Numbered from the stretch's first letter, positions 12,140-24,733 are shown. The stretch is DNA of 64,000 nt from Paraphysomonas bandaiensis (GCA_965644295.1 CBFFRP010000024.1:11885-75884); one strand, 5' to 3'. The notes: generated by a model from the sequence alone, not told the origin. Made by a program: numbers and translations.

Positions 12140-14036
12140 AGTGGCTTCGATCACGAAACCCTCCATGTCCATATTACAAGCTCAAGGCTATCACGTATAT
12201 CGGATAAGCCATAATTCAAGTCACGTATATGTCATTTCAGTATGCAACGACGAAATCTAAGCAGAAAAGAGAAGCTTTACTTCTCTTTCCTTCGCCATTT
12301 GATTATGGTTAGGATTATCCGCTCTTAAGCTCATGCTTATTGAGAGGTAAGTTAAAAACATACATTACCCGATTCCGACAGTGTAGTCACTGTAAAGGAC
12401 CGTCTGCACATTCTGCAGGCAAGACATATAACGCTAAGATTGTGTGAGAGTCGCCTTGTCGGCCCGCAAGTATATATCTTAACGATTATACTGGAATTCT
12501 CGGGACTGCGTATGGAAATGCAAATATCGTGCAGAATCTAGAAAGTCTATGTGCTCTCCTTCTTTGACGAATAATACACGACAATTCTCGTAGCCATTTA
12601 TAACACTGGTTCTCTGGGAACACTGGTTGCAACAGGTAAGTGTATTGTTCGCATTTGTTGACCGATAATTTGGTTATGGTGTATTCGCTTGACTGACGCA
12701 GGCGGAGATGACAGATGGATGTGTATCTGGTGCCTTAAGAGCAAGGCCCTTCTTTGTCTGCAGAGCACGCATGCAGGTGCCGAAACTAGTATATGCCGAA
12801 ACTAGTATACTTATCTCTGTTGTTTGTTAGTTGCACATGTATGTGTTGTTGAGGCCTAGCAAATTTGGTTTAGCCCCCTTCTCCCTCATGAATGTGCAGG
12901 ATTTTCCGTAATTGTGTATTAATCACATATATGTACATCTTGTGTAGATATAGCTTGAACAAGCCTTGTGCCATACAGAAAATGCGCCAAGATTATCAGA
13001 AATAAGTAGCTATTAACTATTAGAAATAGGTAACTGAACTCTGAAGCAACACTCTCAATTAGTGAAAGTTATGCATTGCAACTAACTTTATTGCTTGTTT
13101 GTTCACCATCATAAAAAAAGCGCAATTCTTAATCATACACGCCACGGATGGACTGCTACAAGAAAAAAACTGCGCAAACTTCGTAGTACCCGCCATGACG
13201 GTAAACTACAGGTTAGATACTCAGTGGAAAACTTTAGTTTCTACAGTAGAAAACAATATGAAGTCTACTACAACTGGTGTCGTACTATCTGGTGTTAACA
13301 ATAGGCTTTTTATGTGCTTGAAAGCTCAACGTGAATATGCGATTTACAATGTCATTAGAAGTACATCAGTGTATGCATAGTACCGCATAAGTATTTTTTG
13401 ATTTTTTTCTCACGATTGCATAATGTTTACTTTCGTATATAGTGGATATATACAGCAGTGTTCTCTGTTGTATAAATATGCAACAGTATGTACAGCACTG
13501 TTTCCTATTGATATTATATGATATGGAAAATATCATACTATATAAAGAGACTGATGAGAATGACTGGTGAACATATGGTGTTTGAGTACAGATAGATGCT
13601 CACCAGTCACTCGTCATCAGTCTCACACATTTTTATAAATTATACATGTATATAGAGCATTCGTATTCAGTGCTTAGAAACAAGTGTGCGTGTTTTTGTT
13701 AGGGTATTTTAACTATTTAGTATTTAATACTGTGGCATGACCAAACCTGGTCAACTGCGGGCGACCTGGTCTAATGACAACTATTTTGCTAGAACCCTAC
13801 TTTTAAGAGCGTAGAACTATAATAAAATGTTTTCTATGCAAATGAGTGTTTTCTTTTAATTAACACTGAAAGCAAGGAATAAAATGGCAGTTGAGGTAGC
13901 TATATTGGCATCTAACGTAGTAGTTTAGTATTAAGTAATTGTAATAATTGAAATTGAGACAGCAAGTAAAAATTGCTATTATAGTTGACTACAACATCAT
14001 GCGTCAATTAATTGATATACGCAGCCCTGCTAGTCA

Positions 14037-14550
14037 TTTTGAAAGTCTTACTATATTAGCAATAGGCGTTAAAAACCAGCACCAACTTAGTAGCTAGATG
14101 AATGCTAGACAAACTAGTTAGACCTTTACCTGTAACTAATCAGCAGTACACACTTTTTTTATACTACTATTTAACGCTATGGAATCTGCTTGTGCATCGC
14201 CGCAGCACCAAGGTGCGACCACTTCAGCTCTGAGTTCTTAAGGTGAACATCCCGGATGCTTGACTTCAGCAGGCAGCCCAATACCCCGGTTACCCTTCAG
14301 GTGGGTCCTGTCCCGGATGCCCTTGAGGTGGGCCCTGTCCCGGATGCCTGTTTTTTCGTCAGGGCCCAAAGACGTCTACACAAGTGTCACTTATTGGTGT
14401 CCCTTGTACCACACAAGTAGTCGGCTATGAGTGGGCAGAAGAATATCTGCTGACTATGTTTGCGGCTCACGTTAGTTTCCCAGAGAGAATCGCTCCGGTA
14501 CTTATCCCCCAGAACACCACGAAAAGGTGCGAGGCCGACTTTGTTGAGGG
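14037..14550 (-). mobile_element. Ribozyme-headed SINE-like retroposon
   Basis: Perfect 13-bp TSD GCCCTGCTAGTCA (14024-14036 / 14551-14563). Near-identical copy at 51262-51767. No ORF. Confidence 0.9.
14464..14550 (-). ncRNA. Candidate HDV-like self-cleaving ribozyme (SINE 5' end)
   Basis: CCCTCAAC-AAAGT-CGGCCTCGC-ACC-TTTTCGT-GGT-GTTCTGGG-GGATAAGTA-CCGGAG..CTCTGG-GAAACTAAC-GTGAGCCG fits the nested double-pseudoknot layout. Confidence 0.6.
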
Positions 14551-14556
14551 GCCCTG

Positions 14557-14675
14557 CTAGTCAACCTAGTCATTGTAAACTGAATATATGAATTACTAAT
14601 TGACTAGGTTTTATACACCAATTTTGGTGTGACTAGGAAATTACACCAATTTGACTAGGTCCAATAAGAGATCCC
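14557..14675 (-). mobile_element. MITE family (GGGAT-start, CTAGTCA-rich), copy 2
   Basis: Reverse complement aligns with 190-330. Ends CCC|TTA on the + strand. Confidence 0.65.
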
Positions 14676-15090
14676 TTAATTATTGCGCAAGCTTGTTACT
14701 TATATATTATATATTACACATATTTAAATCGTTCTAAATTCTAAACAGTGTAAAACCTTGATATGTGTGCTATTTTTATTGACTTAATATTTATTGGCTT
14801 AACTTAAAAATATATTCAGGCAAGCTTTAGGAGTGCAATCTAATATCAATTTGATACAAATTTACTTTTAGGCAATTTTGTACCCAAACAATAAGAAACG
14901 TAATTCGATAAAACCACGAAATCTGTACCGACGAATGCAAGCCACATAGGAACGCTACATCTGTGAACTAGCAGTATATATATTCCACATATAGACGTGC
15001 AAATACTATTATTAGGTTAGCTCATTCGTCATATGATATCACCACTAGCTTTACATCAATGCAACAATTACAATGGATATAGAGAAAATA

Positions 15091-18000
15091 TTATAACTCA
15101 ATTGTGTACCCTCCAGCTGATGCTGATGCGATACCTGTACTCGGTGCTGCTACAGAAGGAGGCATACTATAATACTCTGGTTCTTCAGCGGGAAGTTCCC
15201 AAGCAGATTGACCGTTGGCTTCATTGTACCAATAGTAATTACCGCTGTCATCCTGTAGCTGTATCCAGTCACCGTGCCTAACCGGTTCGTCCGCAGGAAC
15301 ATCCGCTGCAGCAGCCGCTTCAGCGGAATCGGCCTCCGCAGGTTTATCCCAAGAGGCTTCACCAGTAACTACATTATAGTAATACACATTGCCATCCGCA
15401 TCGACCATCTCACTCCAGTCTCCGAATCGTGGGGTGTCTTCACATATTTGATTGTCAACTTCCTGCTTGCTTGGGGTAGGGGGCGCTCTAGGGGTTGGTT
15501 CATATCCTTCAACTCGATAGCGTAACCGAAGTGAAAATTCGCCACAACCAGTGACACCATCATCATCGTGCAGCTCTCCGCTCATGTCAGTCCATCCATT
15601 GGGCGCATCTAATAACTTACCCATGGACAAGCTTGCAGTCAAATTTCGTAATTCACCATTATCGCCTTGTTGTTTGACATGAATTACAAGTAAATCGGCA
15701 TGGAAGTGAGAGAGCGGAATTTTCCCAGTAAAATCCAGGTATTTCCAAGATGTAACATCATCAACAACTGGTTCTACTGTGCTACTCTGTTTCCACAATG
15801 CTCCTTCATCGACCATTAAATCAACAAATACATTCGTAGGGCCTGATATGACTCGTTAGTACACACTAAAAGATATCACATCCAAACTTACATGTCACAC
15901 GGAGGTTACTAACGGAAATGGACATCACATCAAGGAATCCGAACTCCGTGTCTGAATCTTCTTCAGTTTTCTCAGCATCTGACGGTGCTAAATCCACTTT
16001 ATCTACTGTGGTCTCCCCCTCAACATCAGTGCCTTCTTGTGGTTGCGCTACATCTCCTGTAGTTCCAGACTGCTCCGTTTCTTCATTACACTTCTCTTCA
16101 TTTTGACACTGTTCAGTCGATTCGACGGGCTCTTCAATGTATGCTGGATCTGTAGCACCGCCACCTTGAGTAGCGGTATGTATTACGCTTTCAGATTCGT
16201 TATTCAAATCGTCACCCTCATTTATAGCCCCACCAGGGTGATCTTCGCTTAGTTTCACCTCGTCAGCAGTATTGGATTGCCTTTCACTATCAGTAGGAGC
16301 CTCCACCTCACTTGGTTCAACTGTGGGTGACACCTCCAGTTCAGGTTCGCCTGATGGTACTTCAACAGGTTCATCATCGGAAGGCACATCATCATACGGT
16401 TCTTCACCCCCATATCGATACCTTATTCTAATGGAGTACTCCCCACATGTATCATCGCCATCAGTATCAATCAGATTTCCATCCAATGTCGTCCACGTAT
16501 TCGATTGGACAACCATATCAGTGAGAGAGAGGCAAGTTTCACCAAAAATCTCACCATCTCTATATACTCGCAAAAGCATGAAGTCTGACGTAAGTTGATT
16601 TTCTGACACCAGTCCCGCAAACGGCAGATCCTTCCACTTCACATGGGACGTAGAAGGTATTTGAACATCCGTCGCATGCTGCCAGTCACCCAAACTTAAT
16701 TCAGCAAAAATATCAGTGGGACCTGTACATACACTTACATATAATTGAGAAAAAGTGTGACCCATACCAGAAATCTGCAGATTCTGCAACTTGATGCGAG
16801 AAACTTCAAGGTCCCCTTTGACATCGGCTTCCTCTTCTGCTGTTGGAGCGGCTTCTGATTGTGCACCAACATCCTGATTATCTGAATTATCATTGTCAGT
16901 GGTAGGATGATCTCCATTCCTCGCTAATTCGTCCTCACAATCTAATACGTCACCATCCTTGCAAGAAGGATCTTGGCTCTCCAATCTATACCGCACCAAC
17001 ACAAAAAACTCCCCATTTCCAGCATCGCCGTCTTTGTTCAAAAGTCGACCTGTAAGCTTAACCCATGAATTCGTTTTCTCAGTCAGAGACGCAATTGAGA
17101 GCGAAGCTTTGCCCAAGAACTTATCGTTTTGTTCATGATGTTGCTTTACACGTAGAGCGAATAAATCGTGACAAGCCTGCGCGTGAGATACTCTTCCGGA
17201 ATAAGCGAGATCTTTCCATTTCAATACAGGGCCATTATTAGAATCTGTAGAATGCTTCCATGTAGTTCCATCCCCTAGCTTCAACTCCACGAATACATCT
17301 ACATAATACAGTTGACAAAACATACACCATACACTACACCACCTACCACTACAGTCCAGTCCAGTCAGCGTGATGTGAGAAACCTCTAAATAAGCATCTT
17401 CTGGCCCTGCGATATACTTCAGTTTCTCATGAAGGGCGCTGACTTGTTCTTCCAAAGTTGCAATATTTTTTTTGTAAACCTCGACTTCTTTCGCATGTTG
17501 CTTCCTTAACTTGGCCATATCGGCTTCAAATTGAGACCGATGCTCTTTCACTGCGGCATCAATAGCTTTCTTTTTGGAAACATCTTCAGGTTTAGTTTTA
17601 CTCTCTCTTAAAACTCTAATTTCTTCTTTCATGGCGGATATTTGGAGTTCATATCTCTTAATCGGCTTTTCAAATTCATTACCAGTTGTAGCAGAAACAG
17701 CAAAGACATCATCAGGGTCAAAACAAGGAAACTCGTCGAAAAAATCCGCACGAGAATCATTCGCGGAGCTTGGTTTCAGATATTCATCATACAAGCCCCC
17801 ACCAGGCAAATTAGACGTGTCCTCTGCCATTGTCACTGATTTTACTTGAAGCGGTCGTCGCTTGCGAGGCACTTCGCGAGGTGGGGCAAGTGATAGGGGC
17901 ATGGACACCAGCTTCTCAGTTAATGTAATTGGAGCCAAAGTTACATCCGGTCGTGCAGATGGTTTACCAACGTACTTTAAGATGCTTGTCAAATTTCCCG

Positions 18001-20218
18001 ATAAAGAAAACATCAACCACTGTTGTGCGATCTCAAACGATAGTGAGAAAGGGTCAACCTTGTCTTGCACAGCGTGAAGGAGAGGGCTCAAAGAACTTGG
18101 TACTGCTTGCACAACTGCTATGACCTCATTCTCAAAGTTCATGATTGGAACAGAGTAGAAAGGCTCTGACGCTGAGTCGATATCTACTTGAGGATTGAGC
18201 ACAGGATCCGAGCCAGGACTTGAAACGAGGTACGGCTTCTTCGTTTTTACACAATAGCCAGCAACTCCAGAGTGCTTCGGATTATAACAGCACGACAGAT
18301 TAGACGCTTTGCAGTTCATCATGGCGATTGCTTGTTGCTGGAGAGAAATCAAATCACAGTCATCTAATCCAATCGCTTTGGATAATATAAATGCTTTTGT
18401 TTTAGAGCATTTCAATGAATCGCGTACGACATTCTCAAGAGTATACAAAACCTCCTCCGAAAGCAAGTCATTAGCTGCACATAGCGTCTCCTTCTCAGGT
18501 AGAGCTGCGTTCAGCTTGAGAGGGGCTTGAATCATAGTCGATATGATGGCTGATTCACTCCACACTCTGCGAAAAAGAATGCACGTTGCACTAAGAGCTC
18601 CTGCAAGCTCCCCATAGGAAGTCGCGTACAACTCATCCACTTCTGAAAACTTATTGTTGTCGCGTTTGTTGAGAAAATGTATTGCTCCAATTACACGGCC
18701 ATTTCCATGCTCACGAATAGGAACCGAGAGAATCCGCTTTAGTCCAAAGTCCCCCGCCGCATCAATATTAGGATTGAAGAATAGATTCTTAACTTGCTTT
18801 AAGTTGTTGTATCTTCGAATCAATCCATTTCTGATAACATTTTCTGCAATGGACTCTTCCTCGCCCACTTTAATTTTCTCGATAGTTTTGGAACCAGTTA
18901 CGTACCGATGCATGGTATCTCCTCCTGGTTGAAGAATGAATACGGACAGCCTCTCCGTATCAAATAACTGGCACACACGCCGATGACACAAGTGAAACGC
19001 CACATCCGCTTCAATGAGATTACAAGGTGTTGCCGCAAGGTGGGCAACCATGCCATCCATATGCTTTATACCTTCCATCGGATCGAATGCATTCCTATTC
19101 ACCAATGCGCTAAGGCGAGTGTCCATTCGCTCTTTGCTTTTCGTATTTGATCCTGAATTCTCTCGCCTGTCAGAATTGTCGGCATTCTTCGAAGCTTTCT
19201 TTTCCGTGGGACCGAAAGCCATTCCACTCTCAAGGCTCTGAATCTCTCTCATTTCATCAAGTTCCAATTGCAACTGTCGGTTCCTACGCTCCGCATATCG
19301 CAAACTCGACCGCAAGCCTTGAATTTTGAACTCTAAGTTTTCCACATTTTTAACGACTCTGTTATGCTCCTTAGCCACTCGTAAAAGTCTCTCGCGAAGT
19401 TTTTCGTTTTTCGTGACAGATATTTCTTGCTCCGCATTGGCATGTTTGGCAACATTCTTTGAACTACTTGGACGAGGAATACTTGTTTTTCCAGGAGATG
19501 GGGGAGTTGAGCCAATTTCGTCCATCGGAGTTAATGGTCGCTGATCAGGAGAACCGCTTCTGCGTTGTGTCGGAGATGCACGCATTGTCTGATCACTCAA
19601 ATTATTTTTTCTTCGTTGCCGTTGACTAGCATGAATTGATTTTTTACTACTTCCATCAGTAATTAAAGCAAATGCATCAATAAGTGTTTTATTTGTTGAT
19701 GATAAACGTGAGATTGCTTTTGAATTACGTATTGCATAATTTTGTCGTGATTCTGCATCATCTTGAAGGGCTCCTAACTTCTCTTCTAACATTATAATTT
19801 TTTCACGAGATAATTCACATCGTTGTCTTAATTGTTCCATTTCAGTTAATTTTTTCTTATGTTCACCTTTCAATGCCATGAGTTCTAATTTTACAGCATC
19901 ATACTGTTTTTGTGCATTCTCTGCCGTAAATGTTGCCATATTAACAACACTTGTAACTCTTTCTCTTACATCATATGGCATTTTGGCAATAATTTTATAT
20001 AATGCATGCATACCTGATGTAGAGGATGTATATGATATATTCTTACGATAATCTAAATCCATACTATTTGAACGATATTGTGGCTCTAATGTAGTAGAAT
20101 AAGGATTATTACGACCTTGTGGTCCTGGTGATGGTGTTGTAGGTGGTAATGTAGGTTTTTTACCCATATTTTCTGTAAGTGATATTGATTTTTTTGGACC
20201 AGTAGGATATTTTCTCAT
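15091..20218 (-). CDS. Large signalling-type protein: coiled coils, two GAF-like domains, three C2-like domains, two WW domains
   Basis: ILSVPIREHGNGRVIGAIHFLNK and FYSVPIMNFENEVIAVVQ (GAF-like). Three LEVS.I.L..L...D.F.EL.LG repeats (C2-like). WSEMVDADGNVYYYNVVTGEASWDKP and WIQLQDDSGNYYWYNEANGQSAWELP (WW). Introns at 17299-17346, 16723-16767 and 15843-15891. Confidence 0.85.
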
Positions 20219-21409
20219 ATTGATTTGTGTATATAGAAGTAGAAGTTATTTGAAGTGAAAGAAAGTGTGGATTAGGATGAAGTGAAGTGTTTTATAGGGT
20301 TATACATGCATATGATACACTTCAATATATTCAAATACGAGAAGAAGTTAAGTGATCTTGAATAAGCGCAACTTCACTTCAGTTAATAGCACTGGTATGT
20401 ATTGCACACTGCTGTATGCTCTCATCAAGCCTCATTGTATCATATTAAAAACGACCAACCTAAAACGAGTGAAACGTATATACCGCCTGTTTTACCCAAT
20501 AACGCCTGTATACAATACTGTATGTATACTCTGTATGTAGATGTACAAAAGGATAAGCTGCTGAAAGTCTTGAAATCTATGACAAAAATCTTGAAAATAG
20601 TGCATTTTGGTGTTATTGTGGAGGTTGAGGTACTCTGAACATACAGTACATACATGTACACAGTAGATGTGTGTAGCTAGTAAATATGACATGGGTTTCT
20701 TTCATTACAATTCTTCATGAATGTAATTGTTGAGAGTAGAATGTTATTATTGCTGGTGTTGTCAACAGATGCAAAGCTATTAATGCTATGGCTCTAGACC
20801 GTAACGATGGTTTGAGGGTCTGTGACATGTCCACTGGAAAATTAACAGAGTATGTGCTTGTTGCTGGGTCACCTATCAGTGATGTTGCGATTGAAGTCGA
20901 GATAGCGAGCGCGCATGGGTGAGAAGTATTAGGGAGTCGTGTGTCGTGCACTGCTGTGACACCCATGGCTATGTACGGAGTGAAGTCAGTATCTACTATT
21001 GTCTTTCTGTGGTGGGGGCATATGTTGTTCCCTATTCCATCAAACCAGTACAATGAGCGTCTTGTGGATGCTAATACTACAACTCGGCGCTCACGTTTTG
21101 TTCCTTCTACCATATCGTGTGGCCTGAAGCCTAGGCATTATGTTTGTAATCTTGTAGGTTGTGTTTCCTTCAGGGAAGTGGGTTAATTTAGCTATGTGGT
21201 AGGGAATGTTTGAATTGAGCATTACACTCAAGTTACCCTTTCTCTACACGTAAACCTTAAACTTGCTTTGTTGCACACAAGTACTTTCAAGAAAGAATTA
21301 GAGTTACATTACGAGTTGGTTTCACCTCCTGCACACTATATTAGCTCGATTCAATTGCACATTATATGTCGTGTCATCAACTGCATGTGTTAGTGGCGAG
21401 TAGACATAC

Positions 21410-21608
21410 GGGATATATTATTGGACCTAGTCAAATTGGTGTAACTTCTTAGTCAACAGGTGGAAAATCTAATCATTAAATAATACATATATTCAATTTA
21501 TAATGACTAGGATGACTACGTGCTTATAGTATTTACCCGGCCATCAATTAATGAATGCAGATATTGAATTATTTAATACTTAGACTAGATTTTTACACCA
21601 AAATTAGC
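21410..21608 (+). mobile_element. MITE family (GGGAT-start, CTAGTCA-rich), copy 3, diverged
   Basis: GGGATATATTATTGGACCTAGTCAAATTGGTGT...AATGACTAGG...GCCATCAATTAATG matches copies 1 and 2. Confidence 0.6.
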
Positions 21609-22237
21609 TTCACAGTGCAGGAGATGAATGTACTGCCATTTCGTATTAGATATCCAGCTGTTAGGCTGTTCAATAGGGATGGTTGATTGCCATTATCATT
21701 TATCTATCATTCAGATGTACTTGCAACTTGCTTCCATATCAATGTTACAATGAAACAATTATCTATGATCAACAGATATATTAGTTATTCGAAAGCCTTG
21801 GTATTAAAAATATTACAATTAATTGCAATTGGTTGAAGAAACTTTTGATTAATTATAATTGCAATTCTTTTCTATTCTAGAACATACGTGGGTACAAGAG
21901 TGCCCGCACTCTATATTGGGAAACGACATTACGGAGGGTGTAGGATGGTAGAGATGTGTAAACTAATTTCTTCCATTTCGTCGTCGTGTTTGTTTATTAT
22001 AATAAAACTATATCATACACAGATATGAAAGACTACAATATAGTGAAAAGCAATATAGGGCGTACTTGGATTCAAACAAAACAAGACGCGGTTATCATGA
22101 TATTATAATCATCCTTTTCCGTATACAAATTTGTATATGTTCTACAAATGAAGCCACTTCAGAACATCCAAGTGGCCACACTACGCAGCATAGTAGTGTC
22201 CCTTCAATCCATGAACATGGAGAGTCCAGTTAATGAA

Positions 22238-23671
22238 CTACAACATTAATTTCATAACGTCTCTACACATAGCCATAGCACTGCAATTCTCTATATGCCC
22301 TGGACATGGAGGGTCCTGTGAACGAAGCCACTTTAGAACCTCCAAGTTCTCACAAATAGCAGCGGCTTTCAGAGTGCCTTCATCCCATGGACATGGAGGG
22401 TTCTGTGAACGAAGCCACTTCAAAACATTCAAGTGTCCACAGAAAGCAGCATTTGTGCAAGTTGCTTCATCCCATGGACATGGAGGGTTCTGTGAACGAA
22501 GCCACTTCAAAACATTCAAGTGTCCTTCACATGCAGCACTAATGCAGGTGCCTTCATCCCATGGACATGGAGGGTTCTGTGAACGAAGCCACTTCAAAAC
22601 ATTCAAGTGACCTTCACATGCAGCATCATTGCAAATTCCTTCATCCCATGGACATGGAGGGTTCTGTGAACGAAGCCACTTCAAAACATCCAAGTGCCCA
22701 CCACAAGCAGCCTTACGACAAGTGCCTTCATCCCATGGACATGGGGGGTCCTGGGAACGAAGCCACTTCAAAACATCCAAGTGCCCGCCTCTAGCAGCCA
22801 CTAAGCATAAGTATTCATCCCATGGATCTGGAGGGTTTTGTGAACGAAGCCACTTTAGAACATCCAAGTGTCCACAGAAAGCAGCTTCACTGTAAATGCC
22901 TTCACCCCATGGACATGGAGGGTTCTGTGAACGAAGCCACTTCAAAACATCCAAGTGCCCACCACAAGCAGCCTTGCGACAAGTGCCTTCATCCCATGGA
23001 CATGGAGGGTTCAGTGATCGAAGCCACTTTAGAACATTCAAGTGTCCTTCACATGCAGCCCTGCGGCAAGTAAGTTCCCCAAATATATAGGAAGGGCATT
23101 GTGAACGAAGCCACTTTAGTGCATTCAGCTGTCCACCCTTAGCAGCACTGTCGGAAGCCTTGTAACAAGTTTGTACACCCCATGGACATGGAGGGTCCTG
23201 TGAACGAAGCCACTTCAGAACAATTAAGTCTCCATTCTCGGCAGCAGCACTACAAGTGTGCTCATTCCATGGACATGGAGGGTTCTGTGAGCGAAGCCAC
23301 TTCAAAGTATCCAAGTGCCCACCACAAGCAGCAGCACTGCATGTCGTTTCATTCCATATGTGTGTAGAGCCGTGTGGATGTGTACTAAGTCTTCTGAGGT
23401 GTTTCATCTGCTGTATTCTGCCGTATAGTGCACATCCATTCATCATCAGCATGTATGGACAGCCCACAGACAGAGCCCATGAGACCATTGAGTTGGTCAT
23501 ACAGTAGTGAGATACATGTGACTCAAGTCTCTCTCTTCTCTCATCTCTCATGCTATCAGCCATATCGTGAAATCTCTTACAAGTCATCATCACAGGAAGG
23601 AGAGCTGTGTGTGGGATCATAGAGATGATGAGACGAATCACATCATCGTTCAGAACAGATATATTCGACAT
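22238..23671 (-). CDS. F-box-like + 29-aa ankyrin-like repeat protein, copy 2 (12 repeats)
   Basis: Intronless ORF. The first ~130 aa and ~100 bp upstream are nearly identical to copy 1. A further degenerate repeat lies beyond the stop (~22145-22227). Confidence 0.85.
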   Translation of the reverse strand: MSNISVLNDDVIRLIISMIPHTALLPVMMTCKRFHDMADSMRDERRERLESHVSHYCMTNSMVSWALSVGCPYMLMMNGCALYGRIQQMKHLRRLSTHPHGSTHIWNETTCSAAACGGHLDTLKWLRSQNPPCPWNEHTCSAAAENGDLIVLKWLRSQDPPCPWGVQTCYKASDSAAKGGQLNALKWLRSQCPSYIFGELTCRRAACEGHLNVLKWLRSLNPPCPWDEGTCRKAACGGHLDVLKWLRSQNPPCPWGEGIYSEAAFCGHLDVLKWLRSQNPPDPWDEYLCLVAARGGHLDVLKWLRSQDPPCPWDEGTCRKAACGGHLDVLKWLRSQNPPCPWDEGICNDAACEGHLNVLKWLRSQNPPCPWDEGTCISAACEGHLNVLKWLRSQNPPCPWDEATCTNAAFCGHLNVLKWLRSQNPPCPWDEGTLKAAAICENLEVLKWLRSQDPPCPGHIENCSAMAMCRDVMKLML

Positions 23672-24733
23672 ATCACAACTGATAATATCCACAGACTATA
23701 CGAGGCTCATAGAGTGCTAATACGCTACAAGATTATGAGATGAGTATGTATGTATATACGTATGTACTATGCATATGGTGTACACAGTGCTATTCTAGTA
23801 ATATATCGAGCATACGAAGTGATGTTGAATGATACGAAGTGACTCTCTGTCATGTTCTTTGAAGTGTTGTTGATATTAAAGCAATACAAAAGTATGTCAA
23901 TGAAGAAATACAGAAAATATATAGAAAGTGTTTATTAAAACCCCAATATTTAATACAAAATCCAGTATTTTATCAGAAAAATGGGTTTTCGTATCTAGAT
24001 AGTTGAATATCTTCATTACGAAGGTGTTGTATGGGGAGATCAACAGTGAGATGCTCCTTCCAGCCATTGCAATACTATATCTATGTAAAGGTTCAACACA
24101 ACACTATAGGGTCTACCAGAGGCTAATGAAACCCCCTTGTACCTGCTGATTTACTGTCGTAGAAAGACTTCCATATTATCTTAATGTCTCAGAGTACATG
24201 CATTCATTGAGCTGAATACACGACCATGTCACAGCTAACTGACTGTTTCATTACAATGGCTAAGAACTATTTAACTTGGACTGATTTCCTTTTGAAGATA
24301 CGTCGTCATTCATGTATGAATTTGAATACAGTAAACAAGACTGTGGTCCTCTTCTGTTTTCATTGAGATCCCCTTACAGCAGTGGTGGCCAGTAATGGAG
24401 AGTGCATTATACGCGCTGCAGTAGCTAAAAAGGTGGAGTATTTCATTGGGCTGAATGTTACGAGATTGAGTGCCTTGTATATAATCATAGTGGCGCTAGT
24501 ATTATTATATATATTGTAACGTATAACATCTGTCTGTTGACGTTGAACACCGAGATCTGTATTTACCGAGATAGTACGTATACAGTGACCAATAAACGCC
24601 AGCTTGTGCCGAGATAAATTACTGGGCACAGAAAGATTTAATGTATCACTTGTAGAAAGTTGATCATACAACTGATATGAATAGATACAGCCTAATTCAG
24701 TGTTTATATTAGCATCTCATAATTTAATCAGCA

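Noticed and set aside
12180-13380. Possible decayed spliced gene (GTAAG donors, short open stretches)
   Set aside because: In-frame stops and no recognisable domain; cannot support a call.
13551-13620. Hammerhead ribozyme (CTGATGA on both strands)
   Set aside because: No stem II followed by GAAA and no three-way junction; the two motifs are just the arms of one hairpin.
20715-21186. Overlapping 132-aa and 81-aa ORFs
   Set aside because: No recognisable motif; possibly a TE remnant but unsupported.
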